Position numbers and translations under genes: made by a program. A DNA stretch of 64,000 nt from Aulosira sp. ZfuVER01 (GTDB taxonomy: Bacteria > Cyanobacteriota > Cyanobacteriia > Cyanobacteriales > Nostocaceae). The stretch's first letter is position 1; each line of letters opens with the position of its first letter. The stretch spans positions 96,001 to 160,000 of the forward strand of contig JAVRCV020000032.1 of assembly GCA_034530615.2 (NCBI GenBank), in the 5' to 3' direction. Shown one piece after another: positions 40,130-50,046 of the stretch. The notes under the pieces are model-generated. The model was not told the origin of the DNA. It worked only from the letters and a program-made list of their open reading frames with translations, and did no database searches.

Positions 40130-40975
40130 TTGAATTTAAAAGAACGATTACAAACTCACCTGACAGAAGTAGCCAGAGAACGCGATCCTTACATGGCGAC
40201 AGCGGGACATTTTTTTGTCCAAGAATATATTCGTCAGCAATTTGCCCAATGGGGAAGTGTGGAAATCCACACCTTTGAAGTCAGGGGCAAAACCTGCCAG
40301 AATCTCATACTAAATTTACCTGTTGAAGCTCGGCAAAAACGGAAGTTGCCACCGATTTTAATTGCTGCTCACTATGATGGTGTACCGGGAACAGTAGCAG
40401 CTGATGATAATGCTACAGGTGTGGCGGTTTTATTGGAATTGGCAAGGAAGTTTGCAGATGAACCAGCCAGATATCCTTTAAGACTGGTTGCGTTTGATAT
40501 GGAAGAATATGGCTTGCTGGGTAGTGCTGACTATGCAGCTTTGTTACGCCAGCAAAAGCAACCATTACGCTTGATGTTGTCTTTAGAAATGCTGGGTTAT
40601 AAAGATTCTACGCCTGGTAGCCAAAGTTACCCACCGCCCCTGGAACGCTTTTATCCAAATTGCGGTGATTTTATTGGTTTAATTGGTAATCTGCGCACAA
40701 TACCTGACTTAGTTAGCATGAGTCGGAGTATTCGCAAAGTGGGTGTAGCTAGTCAATGGCTACCCGTACCGAATCGGGGTTTAATTCTACCGCAAACTCG
40801 ACTAAGCGATCATGCACCATTTTGGGATGCAGGCTATCCCGCAATTATGGTTACAGATACATCATTCTTACGCAACCCACATTATCACAAGCCCAGCGAT
40901 ACTATTGCTAGCTTAGATTTAGATTTTCTCACAGGGGTATGTGAAGGGTTAGAAATTGCAATTAGGCAGTTATGA
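40130..40975 (+). CDS. M28 family metallopeptidase
   Basis: AAHYD, ADDNATGVA, FDMEEYGLLGS, SLEMLG, SDHAPFW, YHKPSD. Confidence 0.92.
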   Translation: MNLKERLQTHLTEVARERDPYMATAGHFFVQEYIRQQFAQWGSVEIHTFEVRGKTCQNLILNLPVEARQKRKLPPILIAAHYDGVPGTVAADDNATGVAVLLELARKFADEPARYPLRLVAFDMEEYGLLGSADYAALLRQQKQPLRLMLSLEMLGYKDSTPGSQSYPPPLERFYPNCGDFIGLIGNLRTIPDLVSMSRSIRKVGVASQWLPVPNRGLILPQTRLSDHAPFWDAGYPAIMVTDTSFLRNPHYHKPSDTIASLDLDFLTGVCEGLEIAIRQL

Positions 40976-40984
40976 ACAGTCAGC

Positions 40985-41917
40985 CTAGTTGCCAACGCTG
41001 AAATCTTCGGTATTAGTTAAATTGTCACGACGCCGCACATTTGGAGTTAGGCTAATCAAATCTTCGATATTGCGCTTCATTGTATTGCAAATTGTATCTA
41101 AGGGTAAGTCGTTGGCATCATAACCAAAAGGGTTTTCTATTTCTAAGCCAATCGCTTCAATACCAAATAAAGTAAAACTCACTAAAGCCGTAATTACACC
41201 CGTCCACCAGCCTAGACTATCTACCATTTGAAAAGGTAGTAAGAGGCAATAAAGTAGTAAAAGTTGCTTCAGATGAATAGCATAAGCAAGTGGCATGGGT
41301 GTTCTTAAAATTCGCTCGCAAATTCCTAAATTATCTACCAGATTATTCAATAACTCTTGCATAGATGTTAATTGATAGCTATTTAAGCAATTGCGATTAT
41401 ATTGCCGTTGTAGGTAATCTCCAATCCAAAAAGCCACCTCTATCGGAGGATTATTCATAATCTTCAGTTCTAAATACATCGAAGGTGGCATTAATTCTTG
41501 TAACTCACGATTTACAGACTCGCCCCGTAAATGCAATTTAGTTGCTACAGCAAAAGCCACTAATAGATGTAATGCTGTAATTTTATCTTTTCTATCCTCT
41601 GGGGAAACTTCATCAACACTCACCCAGATTTGCCGCGCCAGGTTCCGGACAGTATTGACTATAGAACCCCAGCTTTTTCTACCTTCCCAAAAACGCTCAT
41701 AAGCTGTATTTGTACGGAAGACAAGTAATAAACCTAAAACAATACTAGGAATCACACTGCCTAAAATAGGCTGGGAAACAGGCAATTTAAAATAGTGAAG
41801 TATCGAAACAACAGTACCGAAAATCCCACACCCTAGCACATTTTTAGCAATTGCTTTGAGAACTGAACCTTTTAGCTGTAACACTATTGGAACCCGTTGT
41901 TCTTTGTCAGTTGTCAT
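40985..41917 (-). CDS. Bestrophin-family ion channel
   Basis: LGLLLVFRTNTAYERFWEGRK, CERILRTPMP, EIENPFG.D.NDLPL. Confidence 0.93.
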   Translation of the reverse strand: MTTDKEQRVPIVLQLKGSVLKAIAKNVLGCGIFGTVVSILHYFKLPVSQPILGSVIPSIVLGLLLVFRTNTAYERFWEGRKSWGSIVNTVRNLARQIWVSVDEVSPEDRKDKITALHLLVAFAVATKLHLRGESVNRELQELMPPSMYLELKIMNNPPIEVAFWIGDYLQRQYNRNCLNSYQLTSMQELLNNLVDNLGICERILRTPMPLAYAIHLKQLLLLYCLLLPFQMVDSLGWWTGVITALVSFTLFGIEAIGLEIENPFGYDANDLPLDTICNTMKRNIEDLISLTPNVRRRDNLTNTEDFSVGN

Positions 41918-42243
41918 GCAATTTACCTAGATAACCAATAAGGTGTGCGAATGATATTTTAAAAATAATAACTCTAGGCGTAGCACAATTGACAACAATG
42001 ATTCTATAGGATGATACCTACAGCCAGAACTTTTTACTAGTTTTTTGGCGATAAATCTCTACTAATTCTCCTCTGCTGGAGGATGTTCGCCCATAAAATC
42101 CAACACGTGACGCAAATTAACTACATCCTCTCGATTTAATCATAGTGTTTCTATTTAAAGTAGGTTTTATGTCTCTTGACTGATAAATTAGCCTGCCGCA
42201 GTCAACATAATGGGCAGAGATAAAACAGTAGCAAGGACAAATC

Positions 42244-42459
42244 ATGACTGAAAAGTTAAACAAAGGCGACAAGGTGAAGTGGAATACAGCCCAAGGCGAA
42301 ACCACTGGCGAGGTGGAAAAAAAATTGACTTCACCTACAGATATCAAAGGCCATCATGTCGCTGCTTCAAAAGACAATCCCCAATACTTAGTCAAAAGCG
42401 ACAAAACAGGGAAAGAAGCTGCTCATAAACCTGATGCTTTGGAGAATATTGAGGAGTAG
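42244..42459 (+). CDS. DUF2945-type (Tudor-like) small protein
   Basis: KGDKVKWN...G.V, AS.D.PQY.VKSDKTGKEAAHKP.AL. Confidence 0.8.
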   Translation: MTEKLNKGDKVKWNTAQGETTGEVEKKLTSPTDIKGHHVAASKDNPQYLVKSDKTGKEAAHKPDALENIEE

Positions 42460-42468
42460 TTTGTCTTT

Positions 42469-42807
42469 ATGAGTAAAGATGTCAAATCAGTAATAGATGA
42501 GTTTTATTCCTCAGTCAACATGACACCCAAGGAACTAGAATCTTGGTTGAAGACAGAAGAATCGCAATCGGTAGGACAAAAAAAGAACGACGATGAGTCA
42601 ATCGGGCATAAATCCGGTAAGCGGATCGTAGAAATGTTGCATAAGGAAAAAGATGACTACACTGATGATGATTTATCGCAGATGAAAAAAGTCGTCAGCT
42701 ATATCCATCGTCACTCAGCGCAGCCGCCGGAAGGTGATGTAGAAAATACGCGCTGGCGTTATTCATTAATGAATTGGGGATACGATCCTTTGAAAGTTAC
42801 AAGTTAA
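42469..42807 (+). CDS. DUF3140-type protein
   Basis: VNMT.KELE.WL.TEES.SVG, ESIGH.SG.RIV, WRYSLMNWG.DP; GAGGAG RBS. Confidence 0.82.
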   Translation: MSKDVKSVIDEFYSSVNMTPKELESWLKTEESQSVGQKKNDDESIGHKSGKRIVEMLHKEKDDYTDDDLSQMKKVVSYIHRHSAQPPEGDVENTRWRYSLMNWGYDPLKVTS

Positions 42808-42847
42808 CACGGAGGAGTTGTTTTAACTCCTCACTCGTAGCTATAGT

Positions 42848-43231
42848 TCAGCCAAACCAGTGAGATGGTTCCAAACCAGGTTGAACTTTTTCACAAAGAT
42901 GATGGCTAATCCAATCTGACTTTTCTTGGAATATTGAGTAAATACCTTGATGAATCAAATTTTGGACATGGAGTTGTTGTTCTAAAGGACTACGAGGTAG
43001 CTTGTAGTTTAGCAAGCATTCTTTTTCTACCTCACCATAGGGAAGCCCTTCAGACATAGGGTAAAAAAGGCAAGGAATACGGCTAAGAACAAAAGCAATT
43101 AACTCTTGGCGCAAGTCAGGAATGGCAAAAGCTTGTTGGTAAGGCTGGTATGGATATGTATCCAATACACTTTCAATTTCTCCTAAAACGGATTGTTGTG
43201 TTAAATTAACTACCGTTTTCATAAATTTCAT
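42848..43231 (-). CDS. Conserved-looking hypothetical protein (possibly ComFB-like)
   Basis: VNLT...V..EIE.VL..YP..PYQ.AF..PDLRQ.L.A.VL; AGGAG RBS. Confidence 0.7.
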   Translation of the reverse strand: MKFMKTVVNLTQQSVLGEIESVLDTYPYQPYQQAFAIPDLRQELIAFVLSRIPCLFYPMSEGLPYGEVEKECLLNYKLPRSPLEQQLHVQNLIHQGIYSIFQEKSDWISHHLCEKVQPGLEPSHWFG

Positions 43232-43882
43232 CTCCTTTGTTATCCAGTCAATAACTTGTATAGGAACAAATTTCTAGGTGCTAATCTTTTCAAGATAACC
43301 AGCTAGAAGGAATTTGCATTAAGAGATGGTCTAACCCTGAATCAAAATTTCTATCTCGGTACAATTATTAAACATCTATCTTCTGTATATTAGTAGTTAA
43401 AACTTATACTTAAAATTAGTACAAATTCTAGGAACAGCACTCAATAGGATGAGAAAGTACCGATGTTATATCTCTCTAATGCTAATTATTCCAAAATTTT
43501 CAATTTAGTATCAGGAAACTACACAAAACGCAGCATAACTTTTGGGGATCAATTCTTTTGGTAAATCAGCAGAATTAATTCTTGTTAAATGTTAACTAAG
43601 CTTAACCGTGTTTTGTCCTTTACATTACTTATTGAAAGTAATAACACTTATTACCAAAGTATTCTGATTTTTGAATTATGCAGTCTAAACAAATTACTGT
43701 TTTGTACATTCATTTAGCAAATTCCTAAAATAGTAACTTACTATACTGAAAAACCAGTCTATTCATAGATAAATTCATTCGGGGAAAAAGTTGAAAAAGT
43801 TAACATTATATTGAAGTGGATACCGCAGCTGATTGTTAATTACAACATCAACAGCTATGTCCGAAAAAACTCATATCCCAAG

Positions 43883-44006
43883 CAATACTTTTCGGATAAG
43901 TACCAAACACCTCTTTGGCGATTTGGGAAAAGGGTAAAGGGTAAGGGGCAAAGGGTGCATTTCAACCTTTTCCCTTTTACCTTTCCCCTTTAACCGAAAA
44001 GTCTTG
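43883..44006. mobile_element. 124-bp MITE with 18-bp TIRs and exact 10-bp target-site duplication
   Basis: ATATCCCAAG at 43873-43882 and 44007-44016; TIRs CAATACTTTTCGGATAAG vs revcomp CAAGACTTTTCGGTTAAA (15/18); internal heptamer hairpin. Confidence 0.88.
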
Positions 44007-44523
44007 ATATCCCAAGAGAGTGATACGCTATTTTTATACTTTGTTAAAAGAAAATTTACCAAACTTGCTTTTACAAATTTTTGTAACAAGTTAATTTAAA
44101 AATGATTGTGATACTAGATGGCAATAAAACCTATAGTTGAAATTGTGAAATTGCCTCAGCTAACGTACACCTAGATCAAATGTTCTGATGTTATGGCTGT
44201 CCAGCAGTCAAGAGGGGTCAAAGCTGGAATATTAGCGTAGCGGCTTGCCCGCAGGGTAGCAACTGGCTTCAAAAGTCCAAGCTAGGGTTTGACCCTAAAT
44301 TTGTGAGAACTTGAGCGCTCAATATACTAATTTAAATGCGTTATAGCTTATTAGTAAAGATGTACCGTTAATAAAGTTGATAAACTTATGCGATCGCCTA
44401 ATTCATCCCAATTTAAAAAAGAATGGGATAGATAGATTCACATCAAACTATACCCAGAAATTCCCAATCTAAAATCTAAAATGTTACAAGTTCTTAATAT
44501 ATAAAATTGTTCACAAACCCCAG

Positions 44524-45825
44524 CTAAATAGGCAGAATCATTATAAAGGTTGTTCCCTTACCGGGGCTTGATAAGCAATTGATTTGCCCGTTGTGTTTAT
44601 CAACAATAATCTGGTAGCTGATAGCTAATCCCAGCCCGGTGCCCTTGCCTACAGGCTTGGTGGTGAATGATGGCTCAAAAATCTGAGCTTGCACCTCTGG
44701 AATCATTCCCGGGCCATTATCTTCGATACAAATAGTGACAGTTTTTTGTTGAGGCTCAATCGATGTAGCGATCGTAATAGTATTAGGTTCAGCAGCAATC
44801 TCTGGATAACACTGGTTGCGATCGCAGTCATCAAATGCATCGATAGCATTGGCTATGATATTCATAAATACCTGGTTGAGTTGTCCAGGATAGCAAGCGA
44901 TGGGGGGTAATTTCCCGTATTTTGTGACAACTTGGATTTTAGGGCGATCGCCATTACCTTTGAGCCTATGTTTCAACAGCATCAAGGTGCTATTTATCCC
45001 TTCGTGAATTTGATACTCCACCTTAGATGACATATCTGAGCGCGCAAAGGTTCTCAGCGATAAGCTGATTTCCTTGAGGCGCTCAATTCCTTGAGCCATT
45101 GATGCCAATAATTTGGGCAAATCCTCAGTCAGATACGCTAAATCGATTTCTTTAACTAACTCTTCAATGTCCGCATCTGGATGTGGTAGCTTTTCTTGAT
45201 AGAGGTGTAACAGGCGCAACAGATCTTTGACATATTGCTCAATATGAGAGTAATTACCGTTAATAAAACCAACCGGATTATTAATCTCATGCCCAATACC
45301 TGCAACCAGTTGTCCTAAGGTAGACATTTTTTCACTTTGGATGAGCTGTAGTTGGGTTTGTTTTAACTGTTGTAGAGATTGGCTTAATTCGGCTGTGCGT
45401 TCTTGCACTCGTTCTTCTAATGTTTTTGTGAGATGGGAAATTTTCAGGTGTAACTTTAATCGGGCAATTACTTCTTCTTGTTGAAAAGGTTTGGTAATGT
45501 AATCAACTGCACCAATTTCCAGCCCTTTTACCTTATCTGTAGCATCAGATAAAGCTGTCATAAAAATGACTGGAGTATTTTGGGTAAGTGGATTAGCTTT
45601 CAGCCTGCGACAGGTTTCAAATCCATCCAGACCAGGCATCATCACATCCAGGAGAATCAGATCGGGATGGGCGTATTCTGTTTGTTCGATCGCTGATTCC
45701 CCATCTGTGGCCATGAGTGCTTTCCAGCCACATCCTTGAATCGCTTCTGATAGCACTTTGAGATTGTTGGGGTTGTCATCTACTAAGAGAATATGCATTG
45801 GCTTCAAAAGAGGATTGGTCATCAT
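44524..45825 (-). CDS. Hybrid response regulator / histidine kinase (REC-HisKA-HATPase)
   Basis: [26 protein letters not shown]-box, [29 protein letters not shown]. Confidence 0.94.
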   Translation of the reverse strand: MMTNPLLKPMHILLVDDNPNNLKVLSEAIQGCGWKALMATDGESAIEQTEYAHPDLILLDVMMPGLDGFETCRRLKANPLTQNTPVIFMTALSDATDKVKGLEIGAVDYITKPFQQEEVIARLKLHLKISHLTKTLEERVQERTAELSQSLQQLKQTQLQLIQSEKMSTLGQLVAGIGHEINNPVGFINGNYSHIEQYVKDLLRLLHLYQEKLPHPDADIEELVKEIDLAYLTEDLPKLLASMAQGIERLKEISLSLRTFARSDMSSKVEYQIHEGINSTLMLLKHRLKGNGDRPKIQVVTKYGKLPPIACYPGQLNQVFMNIIANAIDAFDDCDRNQCYPEIAAEPNTITIATSIEPQQKTVTICIEDNGPGMIPEVQAQIFEPSFTTKPVGKGTGLGLAISYQIIVDKHNGQINCLSSPGKGTTFIMILPI

Positions 45826-48596
45826 TGGTGTAACTCCGTTGTGACAAAAGATTTAAGGAATTTACGGATTTTTGCGGTTTGGAAGTTGGCAGTAAATTTG
45901 CTCAACTCAGTTGCAAAAGGAGTTAGCTGACTGTCTTGCTGAATTAGCTCTTTTATCATTCCCTCAATCGCCGCAATATCTCCCATCATTGCCAGATGAT
46001 AGAGTTGTTGCAAAACATCCTGTGAAGGTAGAACCAATTCAGCAGGTGCTTTTTGCTCAGGTTGGGGAAATGACTTCTCTGGTGTGGACTGAGCATAAAT
46101 CCACTCGACTTTGAGCAGCGAGCGCAATGCATTGAAGAGTTCATTAATTTGCAGGGGTTTAGGTACAAATGCCGTTGCGCCTGCTTGCAAACTCCGCTGC
46201 TGATTTTCCTCAAATACATTAGCGCTAGAGACAATAATCGGAATATTACGAGTTTGGGGATTTTCTTGTAAATGAACCATGAGTTCAAAGCCATCCATAT
46301 TAGGCATGGCTAAATCAAGCAAAATTACATCCGGGTGATGTTCATTTAGTATCTCTAACCCATATTTGCCGTCGCTTACTTCCAGGGTTCGACAGCCAAT
46401 TCCTTGCAGCAAAGTGGTCAACATACAACGGTGCTTGGCATCATCATCAACAATGAGAATTAGAGGTGCAGTACCCTGAATGCCGATGATTTTCTGATTT
46501 TTGGGAGGAATTGTTCCTGTTTGCCAGTCATGGGTTACTGGTATTGCTACTGTCAAATCCAGCCAAAAGAGACTACCTTCGCCTAAATGGCTCTGTACTT
46601 GAATTTGGCTGTCCATCAATGCGGCAATTCTTTGACTGATCGCTAATCCCAAGCCAGTACCTTCAGATTTTCGTCCAGCTTCACCTACTTGCTCAAAAGC
46701 CAAAAAGATTTTTTCTAGTTGGTCTGGTGACATCCCAATACCTGTATCTTCAATTTGGAAGCGCAACTTCTGATGTGTCATTTGGGGAAACTCTCGATCG
46801 ATGACATCTACTTTGAAGGTGACGCTACCTTTGTCTGTGAATTTGATGGCGTTACCTAGTAAATTGATCAAAACTTGCCGTAGTCGCTTTTCATCTATTT
46901 GAATGGCAACTGGTAGGCGATCGTCTATTAAGACGTTAAATGCAATTCCTTTCTGCTCAGCTCGAATACTGCAAATCTCGGTGACACTATGTAAGAAAGT
47001 GGGCAGATGTACATTAGTCGCAACCAATTCTAATTTACGAGCTTCAATTTTTGAAAGGTCAAGAATATCATTGATCAGCATCAGTAGGTGTTTCCCACAA
47101 TCGTGGATAATGCTGACTCCTTCTAGGTTTTTCTTTGTCAAGTTTGGCGATGCTTCTAATATCTGTGCAAAACCAAGGATGCCATTAAGAGGTGTGCGTA
47201 ACTCATGGCTCATATTTGCCAGAAACTCACTCTTGGCTTGGTTAGCAGCATCAGCCGCTTGCTTTGCTTCTAATAGTTCGCGAGTTCTTTCTTCAACTTT
47301 GAACTCCAGAGTTTTGGAATAATCCAATAATTGAGCGTTAGCAATTTCTAGTTGTTGATTTGCCTCTTCTAACTTCTGCTGTTTATAGGCATTTGTTGTG
47401 GCAATCACGCTGCTAACGAATGCGGCTAAAACAGGTGTGACTGGAATGAGAACACCATGTAAAAACATTCCGTAGCTACCGCCAATGAATGCTCCACTGA
47501 TGCCAAGAGTTGCCCAAAGAATTTTACCACCTGGAATCCGTCGCCCAGTACGCGCACTTGCTAAGTACCAACTACCACTTGAACCGATCGCAGTCCACAA
47601 AATAATCCACAATGACAAAGAAACTTGAGAAACGCCATGTAGGCTTGTTTGTCCTGTTTTTGCCTCTCGCACCAGTTGAAGAGCAATATTGGCATGGATA
47701 ACAACGCCGGGTGTGGGCTTTTGGGCAGAAATTAAGGAGGAACTAAAGGGTGTGCTAAAGAAGTCATTGGTACTAGTGGCAGTAGAACCAATAAACACCA
47801 TGCGATCGCGCATGAGATTGGCTGGAATGCGCCCTGCTAAGACATCACGCATTGCAACTGTGCGAAATGCCGCTTCTGAACCATGCCAATTCAGCAGAAT
47901 TTGATAGCCACCTAAATCAGCATCGGGGTACCCTGCTTCTCGATCGCCTAGTGGTAAATAAATTGCCTTACCTAATTGAAACTTTTGCTGCTTGGGGTCA
48001 ATGCTTTCTAAAGTAATCTTTTCCGCTTCTAGGTACTTGAGCGCCACAAGGGTTGCCAGCCCAGCTTTCAGCGTGCCTTGCTCTTTGGCATCAACCGCTG
48101 TCAAAAGGGCACGACGCACAAAGCGATCGCCATCTAACACCAAATCTGCTAATCCTACTTGCTCGAGTTTTTTCAATTCCGGCGGCGGATTGACACGTTC
48201 TCCGGTGATTTTCTCAACACCAATTAAATTGGGAGTGCTGCGAAAGATTTTAGCAAGTTCTTCATGTCCGCTTCCCTCTGGTAAATCTCGATACAGATCC
48301 AAGCCAATGGCTCTAGGTTGCTGCGCTCGAATTTTATCTAGTAATTTTGCTAATGCCCAATCTGGAACTGGCCATTTACGCACAGATTGAATATCTTGTT
48401 CATCGATTGTGACAATCACAATTTCATCAGCGATCGTTTCAGGCGATCGCTGACGAACCCATTCATCACGAATTTTCCATTCAACTAAATTGAAAAATCC
48501 CAATGATTGCCCGGCAATGACAGTCAAAGCAACACTGGGAGTAATAATTAAAATACTACGAGTACGTTGGATAAAGGTCTTAAATCTGCGCCACAT
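45822..48596 (-). CDS. CHASE2-domain hybrid sensor histidine kinase
   Basis: [10 protein letters not shown]....[22 protein letters not shown] (CHASE2), three TM helices, [13 protein letters not shown], HATPase, REC. Confidence 0.94.
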   Translation of the reverse strand: MWRRFKTFIQRTRSILIITPSVALTVIAGQSLGFFNLVEWKIRDEWVRQRSPETIADEIVIVTIDEQDIQSVRKWPVPDWALAKLLDKIRAQQPRAIGLDLYRDLPEGSGHEELAKIFRSTPNLIGVEKITGERVNPPPELKKLEQVGLADLVLDGDRFVRRALLTAVDAKEQGTLKAGLATLVALKYLEAEKITLESIDPKQQKFQLGKAIYLPLGDREAGYPDADLGGYQILLNWHGSEAAFRTVAMRDVLAGRIPANLMRDRMVFIGSTATSTNDFFSTPFSSSLISAQKPTPGVVIHANIALQLVREAKTGQTSLHGVSQVSLSLWIILWTAIGSSGSWYLASARTGRRIPGGKILWATLGISGAFIGGSYGMFLHGVLIPVTPVLAAFVSSVIATTNAYKQQKLEEANQQLEIANAQLLDYSKTLEFKVEERTRELLEAKQAADAANQAKSEFLANMSHELRTPLNGILGFAQILEASPNLTKKNLEGVSIIHDCGKHLLMLINDILDLSKIEARKLELVATNVHLPTFLHSVTEICSIRAEQKGIAFNVLIDDRLPVAIQIDEKRLRQVLINLLGNAIKFTDKGSVTFKVDVIDREFPQMTHQKLRFQIEDTGIGMSPDQLEKIFLAFEQVGEAGRKSEGTGLGLAISQRIAALMDSQIQVQSHLGEGSLFWLDLTVAIPVTHDWQTGTIPPKNQKIIGIQGTAPLILIVDDDAKHRCMLTTLLQGIGCRTLEVSDGKYGLEILNEHHPDVILLDLAMPNMDGFELMVHLQENPQTRNIPIIVSSANVFEENQQRSLQAGATAFVPKPLQINELFNALRSLLKVEWIYAQSTPEKSFPQPEQKAPAELVLPSQDVLQQLYHLAMMGDIAAIEGMIKELIQQDSQLTPFATELSKFTANFQTAKIRKFLKSFVTTELHQ

Positions 48597-48740
48597 ATTT
48601 GCGCCAAATAGGAGTTAAAGGCTGGGTGGACGGGAAGGCAGACAAGGAAGTGTGGGGAGTGTGGGGAGTGTGGGGAATTATCTTCCCTATCTCCTCATCT
48701 TCCCTCCATATCTTCCTTTTGCCCCCTTCCCAAATTGCTC

Positions 48741-49874
48741 TTAGTTCGCAGATGCTAATAATGGAGCTGTGACAATCTCTTTCAAGCTAACTGACGAAAG
48801 AAGTTCGTCCCATTGCTTGGAAAGAGTTACATTGTTAGGTTGTGTAGTATGTAGGGCTGCAAGTGTTGCCACACAGTCATACCAAACACCATTTTTACCA
48901 AAAGCAGCTGCCCGTTTCAGTGCATCTTCCTGTTGCATCGCTGCTGCCAGTTCGGCAGTAGGCTGGATGCGCTGAATCCAACCATCTACGTAAGGTGTAC
49001 TGGGGCCGAGTTGTCCGTCAACTTTAACAGCTAGGAACCATTGGTAGTTTTTCCCAACTGCTAAAGCGGGTGCATTAGCTGGTAATTTAACTGCGATGAC
49101 TCCAGCTTTCCCTGCGATCGGAATGGTCATTTGATGCTGGGTATTGCCAGCTTCATCCTTGAGGCTGAATACAGCTTCTTCCGCATTAGAAGCAGGGAGA
49201 TATACCAGAATTGTCGGACGTTCAGACACAGTTGTGCCATAGAAGTTTTGAGGTAGGAGTGCAATTAGGGCTGCGGGGCCTCCTGCTGCTACAGTTGAAG
49301 GATTTAAGTAGTAAGTACCAACGCGAGAAGCTCCCCCACTAGCTTGTTGAGGAGCCTCTTTCCCAGAAGCAGGTGTAAAGAGATTGCCTCTGGAAGCGCC
49401 TCCGGTTGCTTGTTGGGGCGTACCCTTCCCGGCGCTAGGTGTAAAGAGATTGCCTCTAGAAGCGCCTCCGGTTGCTTGTTGGGGCGTACCCTTCCCGGCG
49501 CTAGGTGTAAAGAGATTGCCTCTAGAAGCGCCTCCGGTTGCTTGCCTAGGGGCACCTTTACCTGCACTTGGTGTAAAGAGGTTGCCTCTAGAAGCGCCTC
49601 CGGTTGCTTGCCTAGGGGCACCTTTACCAGCGCTAGGTGTAAACAGATTACCGCGAGAAGCACCTCCGGTTGCTTGACTAGGAGCGCCTTTACCAGAAGC
49701 AGGGATAAAGAAACTACCACGAGAAGCACCGCCGGTTGCTTGGCTAGGAGCACCATTATTGATTGGTGGGGTAAATGTCACAGCATGAACGCTATTCCAT
49801 GTACTACTAGTAAGCAGAGCGATGACGCTCAATGTACTGGCTAAATATCGATGTTTCACAAGCTTGTACCTCAT
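48741..49874 (-). CDS. Secreted DUF928-domain protein with N-terminal 22-aa tandem repeats
   Basis: Signal peptide ending VHA; GTT.SERPTILVYLP, Y.WF, GWIQR, NGVWYD, W..LL.SV.L (DUF928-type). Confidence 0.87.
   Translation of the reverse strand: MRYKLVKHRYLASTLSVIALLTSSTWNSVHAVTFTPPINNGAPSQATGGASRGSFFIPASGKGAPSQATGGASRGNLFTPSAGKGAPRQATGGASRGNLFTPSAGKGAPRQATGGASRGNLFTPSAGKGTPQQATGGASRGNLFTPSAGKGTPQQATGGASRGNLFTPASGKEAPQQASGGASRVGTYYLNPSTVAAGGPAALIALLPQNFYGTTVSERPTILVYLPASNAEEAVFSLKDEAGNTQHQMTIPIAGKAGVIAVKLPANAPALAVGKNYQWFLAVKVDGQLGPSTPYVDGWIQRIQPTAELAAAMQQEDALKRAAAFGKNGVWYDCVATLAALHTTQPNNVTLSKQWDELLSSVSLKEIVTAPLLASAN
49323..49754 (-). repeat. Coding tandem repeat, 66-bp unit, 6 full + 1 partial copy
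   Basis: Consensus GAPxQATGGASRGNLFTPSAGK; central copies nearly identical at DNA level. Confidence 0.95.
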
Positions 49875-50046
49875 AGGCAAAGTAACAAAAAATACTATTA
49901 TTCTGATTGTGGGAAGAAACTTGTAAAATCGGTTTCTACAAAAGTCAAAGGTTGAAATACCTACTAGCAATATAAACGAATTTTGACTGTCGAACCGTAA
50001 AAAATATGCGTAAATTACTGGCTTTCTAGTTCAGTATATTTACGTA

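Noticed and set aside
43811..44089. 60-aa and 72-aa ORFs
   Set aside because: Both are read-throughs of the non-coding MITE
44198..44300. GGGTCAAA...TTTGACCC inverted repeat enclosing a short GC-rich insert
   Set aside because: Probably another small dispersed repeat, but ends and duplication could not be defined from one copy
48623..48732. G-rich (AGTGTGGGG)x3 tract as a G-quadruplex regulator
   Set aside because: Followed by a complementary C-rich tract and typical of the intergenic tandem repeats in this lineage; no specific evidence for G4 function
49304..49844. Overlapping ORFs of 97-166 aa in other frames
   Set aside because: By-products of the 66-bp coding repeat
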